IMG/VR virus record: IMGVR_UViG_3300017991_000012
Location: 16,108-80,107 of that record
DNA length: 64,000 nt
Strand: one strand, 5' to 3'
Source: a virus
Shown here: one piece after another, positions 46,641-56,828 of the stretch
Numbering within the stretch: the stretch's first letter is position 1
How the letters are laid out: each line of letters begins with the position of its first letter
Position numbers and translations under genes: made by a program
Notes under the pieces: model-generated
Told to the model about the DNA's origin: nothing
Database searches by the model: none
Seen by the model: only the letters and a program-made list of their open reading frames with translations

Positions 46641-47401
46641 AGATGTACCTCGCTCACATGCAAGCGCTTCAGCTCATCGCGCCTGGCCGCGTACGTATTC
46701 AAATCAAGCCTGCGCCGTTCAAGGTACAGCGCCTGCGCCCGTTCTTCCGTCAGATGGTCCTTGAACGTCACCGCCCTATGGCTGTCGACAAAGACGTTCA
46801 GCATCGGCGCCCGCTCAAAGCAGGCCATGCGCGTGACCTGGTCTTTGAACATCCGCATTCCAGCGACCTCGATCTGGTTCGGCGTCCTGGCCATCGGGCA
46901 GTGGTTCAGGACCTGGATGATCGTGCTCATGCGATAGACCGTGCTGCTTACCTCCCAGCAGTACCCCCAGCTGTGACGATGGTCGAACAGGCTTGGGTTG
47001 TAACGGATGATCCCGCTCTCGTTTTCGAGTACCTGGCCGCGGATGCCGTTCTGCAGCCGGAGGCTGAAGCCAAAGGTCTCATGCTCTTTGATGCAGCTGC
47101 GCACGACCCATTCGTCCACATCCCGCGTGCACAGGTTATCGTCCACAGACAGAATCCCGACATCGCCATTGATATGCGCCCAGGTGCGCACGTGGTCGAC
47201 AAGACTCTTGACCGGCTGGTCCCGGTCCTGATCGATGAATAGTGCCTGCTTGTACTTCTGCTCCAGCTCCCGGTAGCTGTCCACGTATTCGTCCGATGCC
47301 GAATACAGGACCATGACGTCAAACGGCTGCCCTCTCAGGCTCTCCAGGTAATTCCAAACCCAAAACGGACGGTTCTTGCTGAACATCAGCATCGGTATCA
47401 T
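46622..47401 (-). CDS. GT-A fold glycosyltransferase-like protein
   Basis: FSKNRP...LES...LY...LSVDDN...FSLRL. Confidence 0.6.
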   Translation of the reverse strand: MIPMLMFSKNRPFWVWNYLESLRGQPFDVMVLYSASDEYVDSYRELEQKYKQALFIDQDRDQPVKSLVDHVRTWAHINGDVGILSVDDNLCTRDVDEWVVRSCIKEHETFGFSLRLQNGIRGQVLENESGIIRYNPSLFDHRHSWGYCWEVSSTVYRMSTIIQVLNHCPMARTPNQIEVAGMRMFKDQVTRMACFERAPMLNVFVDSHRAVTFKDHLTEERAQALYLERRRLDLNTYAARRDELKRLHVSEVHLCPQEE

Positions 47402-47970
47402 CTGACAGCCCTCACGCCTATCGTCGGATACTGGTGCTCGATACCTTCCCATTTGTCGATCTGGCTGAAGCCAATCGCCTTCAGCACTTCTTCCATCATC
47501 TCGAACGTCCAGCCCCACTTGTGCACCGAGTATTGATCGCGTCCGCTGCAGTAGACATAGCGCATCGCCAGTTCATCCTTGCCTTCCTCAATCATCTTTG
47601 CGCTTGCCAGCACGTCCGGAAAGTCCAGAAGCAGCTGCCCCTTCTCGATCAGGTTCTCCCAGCAGCGCTTCAGGATGTCGATCGCCTCGTGCCTGAAGAA
47701 ATGCTCGATGCCCTGAACCATGACAATCTGCTCGTACGGTCCATCCTCGGTCGGGAAGAACAGCCTCAGATCCATCGGTCGATCCACAAGTCTCAGCTGA
47801 CGCATCGGCACGTTGCCGAACTCGAACTTGTAGTAATTGCCTAGCGTGGTCTTCATCTGCTCCACCAGTTCCGGATTGTGACATGCGTACTTTGTCTTGC
47901 CATCGATGTAGATGTCGACGTTCACATACCCATCCAGGTAGACGTTCCCGCAGCACAGGTGCAGCTTCAT
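47398..47970 (-). CDS. class I SAM-dependent methyltransferase
   Basis: KLHLCCG..YLDGYVNVD...IEHF...L...G.L...PD. Confidence 0.82.
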   Translation of the reverse strand: MKLHLCCGNVYLDGYVNVDIYIDGKTKYACHNPELVEQMKTTLGNYYKFEFGNVPMRQLRLVDRPMDLRLFFPTEDGPYEQIVMVQGIEHFFRHEAIDILKRCWENLIEKGQLLLDFPDVLASAKMIEEGKDELAMRYVYCSGRDQYSVHKWGWTFEMMEEVLKAIGFSQIDKWEGIEHQYPTIGVRAVR

Positions 47971-47971
47971 C

Positions 47972-48658
47972 CTATCTCCTTGTCGCGACGATCAGATGCC
48001 GCTTGATGTCGAATATCCTTTGCAGAAAATACTCCTGAATCTCGACATACTTCAGCCTCTGTTTCCAGGCCACGTAGTTGAACGACAGCTGATCGCGTAT
48101 GCTGCCGTTCTCGATTTCTTTCCACCAGCCTTCCATCGCCTTCTTTACGTCCGGCTCATTGTGCCTGCGCACGAGCACGCCCGTCATCGACAGTCCGATT
48201 CCTTCCGGATAGCCGTCGGCCCGGTATCGTTTGATCTGCTGCTCCATGGTCTTGAGATCGTCTTTCTTCAGCCGCTTGCACGCCTTGTATTCCTGGTAGA
48301 TGCACTTGCGGCCTTCCGGATGCGCGAACATCGCCATATTCGCATACCTCAGCCAGCGCTTAATCAGAGGCTTGATCTGCACCCTGATGTCGATATTGCC
48401 ATCGATCCAGACGCTGACCTCGTACTCCGGCAATATCTTGTGCGGATGCAGCTTATGCCACCTCGCCTCGCGGCTCATCGTCCTCTGCACCTCGACTTTG
48501 CGCCAGGCCTGGAAGTCGCTTATCCCACCACAGTCTCGATCGCTGAAAATGAAGTAGTCGATGCCGTCCTCGTAACTGCTCAGCGGCTGGACCTCGTCCT
48601 TGCCGCCGGTCACGCACGTATAGACCGCGATCTTAGGCGAACTTGATTTTCGGGACAC
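47972..48658 (-). CDS. DUF616 (TOD1/MUCI70-like) glycosyltransferase
   Basis: VYTC.TG..D, K..PH...EYE.SVWIDGN, RDQLSFNYVAWK. Confidence 0.85.
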   Translation of the reverse strand: MSRKSSSPKIAVYTCVTGGKDEVQPLSSYEDGIDYFIFSDRDCGGISDFQAWRKVEVQRTMSREARWHKLHPHKILPEYEVSVWIDGNIDIRVQIKPLIKRWLRYANMAMFAHPEGRKCIYQEYKACKRLKKDDLKTMEQQIKRYRADGYPEGIGLSMTGVLVRRHNEPDVKKAMEGWWKEIENGSIRDQLSFNYVAWKQRLKYVEIQEYFLQRIFDIKRHLIVATRR

Positions 48659-51600
48659 CGCTGTTTCTCCGTCGCATCTGATTGTGGCAGATTTCAAACT
48701 CGGCCTTGTCCGCATCGCTGTCCATCGGCCTGTCTGCCACGTACACGATCTCATTGATCATGCGCCCGACTTCTCCAGCATCGATCATGCTTTTCACCCA
48801 TTGCCACTCCGCGAACCTCGCCACATTTTCAAACTCGACAAAGCACCCGCTCTTGACCAGAAACACTTCGCCGATGTGATTCAAGCGCATTGTCCATTCC
48901 GGATCCATCTCGGTCGTGAACACAACACGATTGGCAAGAACATGATGACCGTAGGCAAACGCCACGTCCTTGTTGTCTCTCAGTTTGTCACGCAAGGCTC
49001 TCACGCCCCCGCGGTCGAGCCTGACATCGCCTGGGCAGAAGAGCACGTATTTGCCTCTCGTAGCCTGGAATCCATCGTTCCATGCCACGCCCTTCCTGCA
49101 GCCAACCGGGACCTCCACCCGCTTCAGCCTGGGAAACAGGTCGTGGCCAATATCCGTCCCCTCCTCCACCACCAGCACAAGCTCCTGAATATCGTGCGGC
49201 ACCGTTGCCGCTATCATGTTCGCCTGCTGCGCATCGCGAATCGGGCCGGCAACGACACTCACGCTTCCCTGCAGCAGATCGCTGCACATTTCCCAGACCT
49301 TCGGCAGCGTCTCCTCCAAAATGTTCTCGTGGAACTTCGGCCGTTGTCTCTGTATCAGCCTCCGCCTCTCCTCATTGTCCGGCAGATAGCGTTCGATCAA
49401 GACCTTCAGCGCTTTCGGACAGTCGAATACCGGCATGTCCGGGAACCAGCGCTTCAGTTCCGCCCTCGTGTTGTCCACCAGCTGAAAGGCCCTGCAGGCC
49501 ACCAGTTCAAAGCAGCGTGGATTTACGTGGGATCCCACGTGGTCGGTCTTGTTGAACCTGCTTTTTTGTACAGTGCAATCATCCCGGTGGATGTTGATGT
49601 TGATCTTCGCCCCGCAGTAGTACTTGATCGCTTCCTCGTTTGGAATCCTGCCCGGTATGATCTTCGCATGCTCGTACCCAAGCCTGCGGAAATCCCAGCC
49701 TATGAGCGTCGTCCCAGGCTTGTCCAGGAACTCTCGCAGCTCCGTAAAGTACTCGATTCTGCGCTTGAATCCCGTCGGGTCCATGCCGCCGATGAAGCAC
49801 ACGTCGCTTGCGTATTCCTTCCCGACCTGCAGCTTCTTGTGCTTCTCGCTATTGGCCGTCAGAGGATAGTAGATGGTGTTCGGAAACCTGCTCACGCAGT
49901 TCTTCTCGTTCGTCAGCCGCAACGTAGCCCTTGCTGCCACAGCGTCGTACCATCCCGTCTCGTACGGCTCATCGGCCAAGACCATGACCGTCGCGCATCC
50001 GCTGGCATGGATGCTGTCGAACACCTCCTGCGTCGGATGCTCCATGTCGAATTTCTGATACCTCGTCTGCGGGCAGAAGAACGCGGCGTCGAAATTCCCA
50101 AGTTGATCCTCTCGTCCAGTGAGGCCCTGGTCACCATCAAATGCCACGACCTCCACACCGTTCTTCTGAAGTCCGATTCTGATTCCGTCAAACGCATGCT
50201 GCACCGCACACTCTCTGTTCGGCCCGAACAGCGCCACGCGTTTCTGTTCGTCATTCACGCGCTCGACCCTTTCCCTCCTTTGCTTTTTGCTCAGCTTCCC
50301 GCCGATATAGCTTGCTGGCTTCCTGGGCCTGATGATCTTGTGCTCAGGCAGCGGCTGGCCTTCCCAGTATTTCTTGATCTCCGGCAGCTTCAGCTCCTGC
50401 GGGCTGACGTCTGCCGTCGACGTACCCGCTATCTTCGACCAGTACGGGCTGTACAGATCGATGTCCGCAGTGCGGCAATACTGCTCCAGCTTCTTCCTCT
50501 TGTGCTGCAGTATTTCGGCCACCGCCTGCTGATTGCCCCTGCCGACAGGCCTGTCGTCTCCAACTGCCTGTTTGCCATTTGCAAACAGCTCGAAGTCGAA
50601 TCCGACCAGCAACGCACTCCTGAATCCCATCCATCTCGCGACTTGCAAGGCCAAGATCGCGCTCCCGCTATCCGTGTGGAAGCCCTGTCTCGGATCGTGT
50701 CCCTTGGCCTTGATCGATGCCCCGCTTGCGAACAGGCAGAACCCGCCGTATTTCTTTGCCCCATCGAATTGATCGACCCCGACACCCTTTGGCGCAATCA
50801 CATATCCGCCGCTTTTGCCGAACTCGATCACGCGTTTCAGCAGTGGCCTGCTCCGGCTGATATGTCGCTTGCGGCTTATGATGCAGTAATCGGCATCACC
50901 GTGGAAAATCGCGCTGTTGACAGCAAACACAGGTCCGATCTTCCACAGCTCCTGCTTGTCCACCTTGCACCCGCCAGGTCCTGGGCCGAGAATCACGCAG
51001 GTGCCGTTTTCCACCTGCCGCAGGCTGTCTGTTGATACCGCCCCCACGGGTCCAGAATCGGCCTGTACGGGCTTTTCATCCTGCGCCTGTTGTCTGGGTA
51101 TCTTTTGTGCCTTTGCGGCCTGTACGGGCGCCTGTGGCGTGCGAGACTGCCGTTTATCGATCATTCTCGGACCCTTGAACACAACCTCGCTTTCCGTCAC
51201 CTTCTCCAGGTCTCGAAGCTGGCCGAACCGGCTCAGGTCGTAGACCTCGCATCCTGCGTCCCTGAGTGCCACAAATGCCAGGCTAAACCAGCTCAGCGTC
51301 TGGACATAGCGATTGTTGCCGCTGTCCAAATACCAACTGTCACCGCTTTGCTCCGGCCTGCTTCCCGCGTACTTCTTTCCATTTGGCGCCAGGCAGAAGT
51401 CAATGCCAACGAGGTAGATCCTTGTCGCGCCAAGCACATACGCCATATGCAGCGCTCCGAACGGGCTGCAATAGCCTACCGCGCACTTGTTGTCGTACGC
51501 CTCTCGCGTCATCGGAAACACGCCCTTGGCATTCAGGTCCAGATCCACCCACCAATCGGCATTGACTTGATTCTGGTTGAATGAAGCTGTAACCCATGGT

Positions 51601-51866
51601 ATGCCAAGCTGATCTGGGTCCTTTACGGCATCCCCCCACCTGAACGGCTTGCGTTCGATGTTGTACATCAAGCTCGGCCTGAAGCACTGCGCGACGGTGT
51701 TCACGCCAACGCTCAGCGGGAATCGTTCATAGAACTTGGCAGGATAGTTGTCGATCGACGGCCCGTTACCGGCCACCAGAGCCGTGCAGCCCATGCACGA
51801 CCCTACGAGGCCGCTGTCTTTGAATTGTTGCACAGTCTCCCCCCCATCGGCTACCCACTGTCGCAC
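48633..51866 (-). CDS. multidomain glycosyltransferase: 2x Maf/DUF115-like + CgeB/GT-B + GT2-like
   Basis: GNGPS..GVN...GATRIYLVGIDF; GPGPG..AVN...GFRSALLVGFDF; DVCFIG...KININIH..NPRCFE; WNDG...RGKYVLF. Confidence 0.82.
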   Translation of the reverse strand: MRQWVADGGETVQQFKDSGLVGSCMGCTALVAGNGPSIDNYPAKFYERFPLSVGVNTVAQCFRPSLMYNIERKPFRWGDAVKDPDQLGIPWVTASFNQNQVNADWWVDLDLNAKGVFPMTREAYDNKCAVGYCSPFGALHMAYVLGATRIYLVGIDFCLAPNGKKYAGSRPEQSGDSWYLDSGNNRYVQTLSWFSLAFVALRDAGCEVYDLSRFGQLRDLEKVTESEVVFKGPRMIDKRQSRTPQAPVQAAKAQKIPRQQAQDEKPVQADSGPVGAVSTDSLRQVENGTCVILGPGPGGCKVDKQELWKIGPVFAVNSAIFHGDADYCIISRKRHISRSRPLLKRVIEFGKSGGYVIAPKGVGVDQFDGAKKYGGFCLFASGASIKAKGHDPRQGFHTDSGSAILALQVARWMGFRSALLVGFDFELFANGKQAVGDDRPVGRGNQQAVAEILQHKRKKLEQYCRTADIDLYSPYWSKIAGTSTADVSPQELKLPEIKKYWEGQPLPEHKIIRPRKPASYIGGKLSKKQRRERVERVNDEQKRVALFGPNRECAVQHAFDGIRIGLQKNGVEVVAFDGDQGLTGREDQLGNFDAAFFCPQTRYQKFDMEHPTQEVFDSIHASGCATVMVLADEPYETGWYDAVAARATLRLTNEKNCVSRFPNTIYYPLTANSEKHKKLQVGKEYASDVCFIGGMDPTGFKRRIEYFTELREFLDKPGTTLIGWDFRRLGYEHAKIIPGRIPNEEAIKYYCGAKININIHRDDCTVQKSRFNKTDHVGSHVNPRCFELVACRAFQLVDNTRAELKRWFPDMPVFDCPKALKVLIERYLPDNEERRRLIQRQRPKFHENILEETLPKVWEMCSDLLQGSVSVVAGPIRDAQQANMIAATVPHDIQELVLVVEEGTDIGHDLFPRLKRVEVPVGCRKGVAWNDGFQATRGKYVLFCPGDVRLDRGGVRALRDKLRDNKDVAFAYGHHVLANRVVFTTEMDPEWTMRLNHIGEVFLVKSGCFVEFENVARFAEWQWVKSMIDAGEVGRMINEIVYVADRPMDSDADKAEFEICHNQMRRRNSGVPKIKFA

Positions 51867-51874
51867 TTCGCCCG

Positions 51875-54800
51875 TCAGGCTATCGCAGGCTGCAAGACTT
51901 CCTGCAGTATTGCATCCTGGAACACGTCCTCCATGATCAGAGTCTCGCTCGCGCCCTCGAAATTCCAGTTGATATTGCCGCCCTCGTCCACCGAGTTTGT
52001 GGCCTGAACTTGACTCGCACTCCCACTCGCGTCACTGTTCTTTGCAGTGACATAGTTGGCCGTGTTTGTTCCCGCCACATCCCAATACCAGACTCCGCTT
52101 GGATTGATCGGCAGCAGGTTGCCCACCTGGCCGTTCAGCGCACCGTTGCCGCCGACCGTGAATCTCGTGCCCACGAGACCAGTCAGTCCAAGACGGCCGC
52201 CGTCTTCCACGGAAAATCCTGCGGCCGTGATCACGTCCTGGCCGTTCGTATCAAGCGTGCCGCCATTCACGGTCATCCCTACGCAGTTTAGATCATCCTG
52301 AAGCTGCTTCGTGGCTCCTGAGTCATCGATCGTCGTGTGCTCGATCGTCTGACCGTCGGTCGTGATCGACTGCGTACCACTGCCCGCCCCAGATGCCTTC
52401 CATGATCCAGAACCATTCGTGTAGTTCACGTTTCCATGAATGTAGAAATCATCGGCAAACGTTACGATGCCATCAGGACCGACCACATTCAGAGTTGCGG
52501 TGGCCCCAGCCCTGAGCCTGATATTTCCGCCAACGGTCCAGTTTCCTGATCCGAAAGTGAAGTTGACTGTCACACTCGCGGCAGTGAGCACGTCCAGAAT
52601 ACCGGTCAACGTCACGTCTGGATTGTTCGTATCAAAGTCGACATCACCCCTGACAACATCGAGGTACGCTGATGTGAACCCGTTCGCGTCGAATACCTTT
52701 GTCGCGCCATCGTCATCTACCTGGATGCCCTCGACGCTCTTGCCAAGCAGCGCGATGGTCTGACTCCCACTTCCTGCTCCGGACAGCTTTATGTATCCGC
52801 TGCCCTTTGTCCACGTCAGCGTGCCACCACCACTTTCTGTAATGGTTACATTATCCTGGAAAACATAGTCAGGATTGTATGTCGCGTTTTCGATCGTGTA
52901 CGCGCCACTGGCAGTGTCATGGTCAAAGGTCACGGGACCACTGAACGTGAACGTCTGGCTTGCCGCTGTGCCCATGGTCACTGTGTTCGTGCTCGTATTA
53001 TCCTGCTCGAACAGCCATGTTCCGCCGTAAGTCGCACCAATGAGTTGCGCCCCACGTTGTACATAGGTATTCGTAACGCTCCACGTACCGTCTTGTTTGT
53101 CGATACTGGCCCCATCTTTGATCGTGATAGATCCAGCACCCGTCAATGTGCCAGTGTTTTCGATTTCGACCGCACCCGCCGCCGTGTCGAAAGTCCAAGA
53201 ACCTGTCATGGTCAATGTTCCGGTCACGTTCAACGTTCCCTTGTTCACGCCGCTTCCGGTCTTTTCGATCGTGCCTGTGATATTTACGTTGGCAATCGCG
53301 TTCGATTCTGCGGAAGGAAGCGCAAGAGTCTTACTTGTGCCTGACATGGTCAATGTCGAATTCCCGCGGGTCAACGTATCCACACCCGACAGATCGACAT
53401 CACCAGCACAATTGTATGTGGACGAACCAGCCACAAAGGTCAAAGCACCGGCCCCGCTTGACTGCATGGTCAGATTGCCGTTGAAGTTCAGCGTCGGGTT
53501 GTTCGTTGCCGCCGTGACGATGTACGCTCCTGCGCCCGTCGTGTCGATGGTCACATTGCCGCTGAACGTGTAGGTTCCTGCCGCCCAAGTGAATGTCTTT
53601 GGAGAACCTCCCGTGTTCCTGATCGTCACAGTTGCAGAGCCATACGTTGCCGGAACAATATCCGCGTTGTGATCTTCTTGCAGATCCAATGATGCAATAT
53701 CAAGAGTCCCGTCCTGCTGACTGATACTGGCACTTGTGCCAATGAGTAGCGAACCGTCACCTGTGAGAGATGCGCCGGTATTGATCTGCAAATCTGCGCT
53801 CGCGCCTGTGACTCTTATTGCTCTACCAGATGCGGCAGTAAATGTCTTGTTGGCATTGACAATCAGATTTCCGTTGACGATCAAAGCCGATTCGCCGTTG
53901 GCAACGGAAATCGTGCCGTCAATCGTCAGGTTGTTGAAGCCCTCATCCCAATATGTTTCTTTTACGGTCTTGCCCGTACCGTTCAAAACAACCGTGCTTG
54001 CGTCTGCGCTCCAACCCCCGCTGATTCCGTCATGACTCCAATTGCCGCTGCAAGTCCAAGTGCCATTGCCAAGCGACAAATCAATATCGCCTGTCCCGTC
54101 CGTGAAAGTCACATCAGACGCGAGATTGACAGTCGGGTTGTTGGCTGAGAAATCAACAGTCCAGGTAAAGGCTGTGTCCGTAGTGAACGTGACCGCACCA
54201 GAGAAAGCAATTGTGCCAGCCGCCGCCGTCAATGTGTCAATGCCGCCCCTACTGTTTTTCAGTGTGACCGAAGCGCTTGCAATCGTACCCGCCGCCAGCG
54301 TGTGCGCAGTCAGATAGTAGGCAATCGTCAACGGACTCACACTGACTGTGCCACCAGAGGCAACAGTCAATGGTGTAGTCACATATCCGTTCAGATTCCA
54401 TGTGCCTGAACCATTGATTGTTCCAGTTGCCCCAACATCCCAATCGCACCGCGTGGTCAATGTCTGGTTGATCGTCAGCGTTCCATTGATTGTCATGACC
54501 GCCGCGCTTGTATCCCATTCTAATGTCCCGTTTCCGGAATCAAGTGTCAGACTTCCAGAGGCTTCAATGGTCAGGTTGTTTTTCATCTGAATGCGCTTAG
54601 ATGCATCTGCGCTTGACCATGTAACCGAAGCGGTTGACTTGATCGTAAGATTGTAGATTGGTTGTGCGTCTGGCGTTTTGAGCGCCTTGCTTGCGCCTGA
54701 CATTTCGATTGTGCTTGTATCGTCATTGAAAGTTGTCACATCTTCGCAATCAAAATCACCCGAACAAGTCCAGGTTCCAGACCCCATATCAACCCGTGTG

Positions 54801-55915
54801 CAATCCATCGTGCAATTGCCGTTGATCGTCAAAGACGGATTGTTTGTTGCGCAATCCCATGTACCCGCCGTGAGCGTCAGGCTGTCGGTCGTGAATCCGC
54901 TTGCATCAATTGTTTTCGTCGCGCCCGAATCATTCATTGTCAGATCTTCGATCGTCTTGCCATCGAAGTCGATCGTTTGTGTTCCAGATCCCGCGCCCGA
55001 AAGCGTGATTGATCCCGTTCCTTTCGTCCAGGTGAGCGTACCCGCGCCAGCATCCGAAAACGTTACATTGCCTTCGAAAATGTAATTCGTGTTATTTACC
55101 GAATTATCAATCGTAAAATTTCCGCTGCTTTCAAGCGAAAAGGTAAACGTACCACCAATCCGATATGTTCCAGCCTGCATAGTATTAGTAAAATTCGATC
55201 CGCTTGTGCTTCTTACTCGAACCGCACAGTCATAATATGCCGGTACGCAATCATCAAAATAATAGTCTGCAAACAGCGTCCCGCTAGGATTCCATGTTCC
55301 ATCCATTTGGGAAATTGATCCACCAGAACCCATGATAATACCGCCGCTGCCATTCCATGTACCTGTGCCGGTTACTTGAATATCACCAGCCGTTTGAATT
55401 GTAATGTTTGAGTTGTTCGTGAATGTACCACTTACAACTAATGGCCCCCTCACTCCGGCAGTTGAGCTACCTCTAGTAATCGTCCCACTAATCGTCAAGC
55501 CATATAAATCTTTTCCCTGCGTTATCGTCTTAGTTGTGCCATCCATAACCAAAGTTGATGTAGCGTATGTGAATGTGGTTTGGTCATAGTTATCAAAGTT
55601 ACCGCTTACGGTAAACGTGCAGTCGCCCATGTCGATTTCACCACTGCCATCGAAGTCAACGTCCCCAGCGCATTGGTGGGCGTATGCTGAATCACCGAAG
55701 TCCAACTTGCCATCGTAGGTACTCTGCACATCTATGCTGGCCACGTCGATCGCCACGTCACAGGTGCAGTTCTGCGTGGTGTACTGATCATCAAAGATCA
55801 CGGCGTCAGATGAAGTTGGGACGCCCGCGCCGCCCGCGCCGCCAGAACTTGACGCCCAATTGCTTGCATCATTCCAATCGCCGTCGGTATCGCCGACCCA
55901 ATAGCGGTCTGCCAT
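51875..55915 (-). CDS. large beta-solenoid adhesin-like virion protein
   Basis: 1346 aa Thr/Gly/Ser/Asp-rich; RYWVG...W.DASNW...GAGVP...D.VIFD start; internal LSGAGSG.QTI repeats. Confidence 0.7.
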   Translation of the reverse strand: MADRYWVGDTDGDWNDASNWASSSGGAGGAGVPTSSDAVIFDDQYTTQNCTCDVAIDVASIDVQSTYDGKLDFGDSAYAHQCAGDVDFDGSGEIDMGDCTFTVSGNFDNYDQTTFTYATSTLVMDGTTKTITQGKDLYGLTISGTITRGSSTAGVRGPLVVSGTFTNNSNITIQTAGDIQVTGTGTWNGSGGIIMGSGGSISQMDGTWNPSGTLFADYYFDDCVPAYYDCAVRVRSTSGSNFTNTMQAGTYRIGGTFTFSLESSGNFTIDNSVNNTNYIFEGNVTFSDAGAGTLTWTKGTGSITLSGAGSGTQTIDFDGKTIEDLTMNDSGATKTIDASGFTTDSLTLTAGTWDCATNNPSLTINGNCTMDCTRVDMGSGTWTCSGDFDCEDVTTFNDDTSTIEMSGASKALKTPDAQPIYNLTIKSTASVTWSSADASKRIQMKNNLTIEASGSLTLDSGNGTLEWDTSAAVMTINGTLTINQTLTTRCDWDVGATGTINGSGTWNLNGYVTTPLTVASGGTVSVSPLTIAYYLTAHTLAAGTIASASVTLKNSRGGIDTLTAAAGTIAFSGAVTFTTDTAFTWTVDFSANNPTVNLASDVTFTDGTGDIDLSLGNGTWTCSGNWSHDGISGGWSADASTVVLNGTGKTVKETYWDEGFNNLTIDGTISVANGESALIVNGNLIVNANKTFTAASGRAIRVTGASADLQINTGASLTGDGSLLIGTSASISQQDGTLDIASLDLQEDHNADIVPATYGSATVTIRNTGGSPKTFTWAAGTYTFSGNVTIDTTGAGAYIVTAATNNPTLNFNGNLTMQSSGAGALTFVAGSSTYNCAGDVDLSGVDTLTRGNSTLTMSGTSKTLALPSAESNAIANVNITGTIEKTGSGVNKGTLNVTGTLTMTGSWTFDTAAGAVEIENTGTLTGAGSITIKDGASIDKQDGTWSVTNTYVQRGAQLIGATYGGTWLFEQDNTSTNTVTMGTAASQTFTFSGPVTFDHDTASGAYTIENATYNPDYVFQDNVTITESGGGTLTWTKGSGYIKLSGAGSGSQTIALLGKSVEGIQVDDDGATKVFDANGFTSAYLDVVRGDVDFDTNNPDVTLTGILDVLTAASVTVNFTFGSGNWTVGGNIRLRAGATATLNVVGPDGIVTFADDFYIHGNVNYTNGSGSWKASGAGSGTQSITTDGQTIEHTTIDDSGATKQLQDDLNCVGMTVNGGTLDTNGQDVITAAGFSVEDGGRLGLTGLVGTRFTVGGNGALNGQVGNLLPINPSGVWYWDVAGTNTANYVTAKNSDASGSASQVQATNSVDEGGNINWNFEGASETLIMEDVFQDAILQEVLQPAIA

Positions 55916-55929
55916 TTATTTGCCCTCTG

Positions 55930-56220
55930 TTAGTTGCTCAGGACACCAACGATCGAGCCACTGCCAAAGCCACCGTCCTTCACGCCAAACCGGACGAGAA
56001 TCTGGCTTTCCTTGCCGATGTTGCCGACCTTCGCCGTGTTGGCTGTGTAGCTGTCGATGTCGGCCCACGTGGTTCCCTGATCGAAAGACCACTGGACAAA
56101 GACCGTTCCCGTCCAGCTACCGCTGAGGCTGAAGTTGAACTTGTCTCTGGCGCTCAGCGGATCAGACCAGGTCCTGTGAGCCGTGATCGTAGCAGTGACG
56201 ATCGTATTCTGAACGGTCAT
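55930..56220 (-). CDS. small virion protein
   Basis: SGSWTGTV.VQ.SFDQG.TW; start at MTVQNT. Confidence 0.55.
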   Translation of the reverse strand: MTVQNTIVTATITAHRTWSDPLSARDKFNFSLSGSWTGTVFVQWSFDQGTTWADIDSYTANTAKVGNIGKESQILVRFGVKDGGFGSGSIVGVLSN

Positions 56221-56221
56221 C

Positions 56222-56743
56222 TCAGTCCTCCATCTCATAGCTTCCAATGCACAGCCATCCGCTCTCCAGCAGCAGGTTGTACGCGACATTGCTCTGCAGA
56301 ATCACGTCTGGATTCTTGGTCGTCTTTATGCCCTTCGTCTGCTCGTGGCTTACCACGCGCTCGATGTTCCAGTTCTGTCTATGTGCACAGGCGATCGCCT
56401 CTTCGCATTGGGCCACCTTGATCTGCCATACGTCGTCGACAGTTACCTCGTAGTCGTCCGCTTCTTCGTACGCATCTCGGAAGCCGCTTTTGGCCGTGGC
56501 CATTCTCGGCCACTCCATCGCCTGATCGGTTTCATATTTGCTGCCCGCAAACTTGACCTGCTCGATATGAGAGGCCGCCAGCACCAGCAGCGCCGCCTTT
56601 TGTCCATCGGTCATCGCATCCCACTCGGTTGTGGCTGGGAAGAAATTCGGACTGCGTTCATCAGCAATGTAGGCATCGACCTCCGCCACAGTGACGTAGC
56701 TGTTCGTGCCTACGGTTACAGATGGCATGAGACTCATCGCCAC
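56222..56743 (-). CDS. head-tail adaptor (DnaT-like family)
   Basis: NSYVTVAEVDAY...Q.MEWPR...IK.AQCE.A; follows the capsid gene. Confidence 0.8.
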   Translation of the reverse strand: MAMSLMPSVTVGTNSYVTVAEVDAYIADERSPNFFPATTEWDAMTDGQKAALLVLAASHIEQVKFAGSKYETDQAMEWPRMATAKSGFRDAYEEADDYEVTVDDVWQIKVAQCEEAIACAHRQNWNIERVVSHEQTKGIKTTKNPDVILQSNVAYNLLLESGWLCIGSYEMED

Positions 56744-56751
56744 ACCTCCTC

Positions 56752-56787
56752 AAAAGAAGCAGGGAGGGAGGTTGCCCCTCCCTCCCC
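56752..56787 (-). terminator. intrinsic terminator after the major capsid gene
   Basis: GGGAGGGAGG/CCTCCCTCCC stem followed by GCTTCTTTT. Confidence 0.6.
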
Positions 56788-56828
56788 GACTTCCATCCGG
56801 CAAAGGACCTCCGTGGGGAGGATATGGC

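Noticed and set aside
16311-51035. Long plus-strand ORFs (e.g. 16562-18322, 29863-32106, 48684-51035)
   Set aside because: These are antisense shadows of GC-rich minus-strand genes, with no motifs or RBS
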